From the NCBI RefSeq assembly GCF_021028975.2, contig NC_059432.1:16616001-16680000 (forward strand): a stretch of DNA of 64,000 nt. The letters run 5' to 3'. The translations under genes were made by a program, and so were the position numbers. Below the pieces are notes generated by a model, which ran no database searches, was not told the origin of the DNA, and saw nothing but the letters and a program-made list of their open reading frames with translations. Of this stretch, positions 61,290-64,000 are shown piece by piece. The DNA is from Sphaerodactylus townsendi. Lineage: Eukaryota. Position 1 is the first letter of the stretch. Each line of letters opens with the position of its first letter.

Positions 61290-61481
61290 CAGTGGTGGGA
61301 TCCAAAAATTTTAATAACAGGTTCCGATGGTGGTGGGATTCAAACAGTGGTGCCACCGCACACACGCACCTCCAGTCCCTATTGGGCAGGGAGGTTGCTT
61401 TAGTAACCCCTTCTCGGCACTCAGAAAAAATTAGTAATCACTTTTAGAGAAGTGGTGAGAACTGGTTGGATCCCACCTCTG
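61290..61481 (+). mobile_element. Short hAT element of the CAGTGGTGGGATCC family, inserted in an L2-type tail
   Basis: TIRs as in 20519-20892; TSD CCTGCGGG/CCTGCAGG. Confidence 0.85.
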
Positions 61482-62644
61482 CCTGCAGGGATAGAGCTGG
61501 GTATCAATCAAAAAACAAATACAAAATTACTGGGAGTTTCTCTGAGTTTTGCTGGCACCTTTGGACTGACCAAAGGTCTAAATGCTTAGTATAATTTTTG
61601 TGAATCGGTAATTCTTGACATGTTTGGATCCTGCTTTTTCAGAAGCCAGTTTTGTATCATGCTTGGGCAATAGCCCGAGGCTGGTGGAACAAAGGGAACT
61701 GGCGATCAATAGGAGAAATAAATTTTGTCTTGTAAAAGTGGGAAACATTTGTGTCAGGTTTAGTCTATCATAAGAAATAAGACAGTTCCCGGTGGAAATA
61801 CCTGGGATAATAAACGTACAAGGTCATTGTCTGCCCAGGTCGAGATGCGGAGCAGTGAGGCATGGAGATAACATCCTCTGACCAAGATTGGAGAAGTCTA
61901 TTTGATATATAACTCCCTCTCTGGGAAATCAGAGAATATTGCTGAAACAGACTTATGGCAAGCTTAACTAACCGGGTGTGAAGAGTGATTAAAGTGATCT
62001 CCAGCATGTAACAAAGTCAGCCCAGAAAGAAGATCTGTAGTAAATCCTACCTAGAGAGCTGAATGTGTATGTGGTTGTTACACCATATGCATTAGAATAT
62101 TACACCAATCGCTGTTGGGCGCATCAGAAATTATAGCCTACCAGGTTTCCGATGGAAATAACATACAAAAACTTGTGCTGACTTAAATCAACCTCTGAGG
62201 TAGCATTTCCCAAAATGTGTTGTCTGCTACTGTGTAAGGGATTTTTCAATAGTCTCAATTATCCATGCATGGGGAATCTGCATGCTTGTAGATTCCCCAT
62301 GCAAATCTTCTGTTGTGGCATTTTCTTCTGGTCAGACTATACTGGAAGTTGGTTTTTCTGTTTGATCTCTGCTTTGGCTGTGGCCATCCCTCCTGATGGA
62401 AACGCAGTGGCATTGCCTGCCTTTGGATGCCGCGGTCTGTTGCTTCTCTGGATGAAACCATGAAAAAAAAGGGAAAGAAAGAACTCAGCCTGAAAATTAC
62501 AAGGAGCTGCAAAGGTTGAGCTTCTCTGGATTAGTCAGGGAAGCTTTCAACTCCCTAACTTTTAATTAGGAGCGCTCCTGGGATGGCGAGCAATTATTCA
62601 ACTCAGATCGGATTAGAAAGCACATGCCATCTCTCAGAAAATGT

Positions 62645-62820
62645 GAAACTGCCTTATGGTGAGTTAGACCATTGGCTCATCCAATTTAGCACCAGCTGTC
62701 CTCAGGGGTCTGAGGGAAAAGAGACGTTTCCTAACAAATCCTACCTGAAGTCCGTTCATTGGAGATGCCAGGGATCGAACCGGGATCTTTCTGCACACTC
62801 GTTCACTGAGCTATGGTCCT
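62645..62820 (-). mobile_element. Old tRNA-derived SINE with CR1-like tail
   Basis: GGAGATGCCAGGGATCGAACCGGGATCTTTCTGCA...CACTGAGCTATGG. Confidence 0.6.
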
Positions 62821-64000
62821 TTCAGGCTTATTTTAACAGTGGACTAAAGGCAGGTCACTACACCAATGAGGCAGCATGTTGGAGAAGTGCCAGAGGCCAG
62901 ATCATTCTGGTCCCAAGACATCAGGTGACCCTAGGGGGGCAAACTTTCGCTGTTCCAGCTCTGTAGCATCAAAGCTGATGGCATACCCTCAGGGAAGCCA
63001 ATAACCTTTCTGCATTTCTAGCTCTTTTTTTCCCTTTGCGTTCTCTGTGAATGTTAAGAGTGGGGTGTGTCTGATACCCAAGGCCACCATTATCCAAGCA
63101 CAGCTGTTATCCAGAAGAAAATGGCATGCCATTTGCATTTGACATGTATTTGGGTTATCTTTGCTTAAGTTTTTGATTGCCCTTGAGCATCCCAATCATA
63201 TCCCTTTGTTAGACCTATACTGCTTAATAACCTCTGCGTGACCAAGTAGCTAATGCTGTTTTGGAAATGTAGGGGAAGCCTTTAATGAGAAACTAGTGAG
63301 CTATGAATAAATAAAAAACAATTCCCGTGCATGATAATGCTTCTCTGTGCAATTTGCCGAGCTTGCCTATCATTTGTTACTCCGTAATTGGTGAAGGGAG
63401 ACTAGGGTATGGGGAAGTTGGCATCATTTCCATTCTCAGTTCTCCACCCTACTGTTTTGCCTACATGCTTAAGGGGTGCCTTCTCTCCTAGTTCCATTGA
63501 TCTCCCGGCATGTACAGATGGGGCGCAGGTATTTTGGTGCCAACTCCATTGGCACCAACTCTGCATGAGATCCATCTCCTAAATTTAAACATTTATCTCC
63601 CATCTGTGTAGGAGAGTAGGAGTCTCAACAGCAGCATTGATTAATTATTATGCAGTAGAATGTAGGGGAAAAAATAAGAGGCAATGTTTAACAGCTTTTC
63701 AGTTGTAACTTTTTTCCTGGGATTATGTTCCAGTTTCTTCTTTTGATGATATGATTTAGAGTTTAGGGTACGGATGACCAACACTAGCAGAACTGCCCTT
63801 TTGGAAAGTGCGTTTTGCTGATCTTGTACTTGCTTTTTGAACTCCAAAGAATCTATAGAACCACCTCTACAGATGGGCAGATGGCGGTATTACAGTATGA
63901 TAAGGCTCCAGTGATCCAATAAGCCAGCAGGATCCTAGGGGCATACTGCCCAGGGGGACTTATGGGGTTAAATGTTCCTGGGCTGTGGCCATTTAGTCAG

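Overview
Vertebrate, repeat-rich, apparently non-coding DNA (large intron or intergenic). The repeat content points to a squamate reptile, probably a gecko (inference): young tRNA-CORE SINEs of Squam3 type, Sauria-type and 5S-derived SINEs, CR1, L2, L1, RTE and Penelope fragments, and many hAT and Harbinger MITEs. I recognise no host protein-coding exon, and almost all listed ORFs are spurious. The dominant structure is at about 46.2-60.6 kb. A complete DIRS1-type tyrosine-recombinase retrotransposon (inverted terminal repeats [ITRs], internal complementary region [ICR], gag, RT/RNase H, adenine-methyltransferase-like domain, recombinase) is integrated at a GTTCT core inside a Rex1/Babar LINE. 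This LINE+DIRS composite occurs twice, head-to-tail, and apparently sits inside a split MITE. The sequence there is very indel-rich, like unpolished long-read gap fill, so the duplication could be real or an assembly artefact. A second notable structure at 9.5-10.7 kb is an L1 with a 16-bp target-site duplication (TSD). It contains an inverted Penelope insertion with a 13-bp TSD, a minimal hammerhead ribozyme and a 25-bp segment copied from 1 kb upstream at the inversion junction. There are three N gaps. All element classes are known; any novelty lies in the arrangements.
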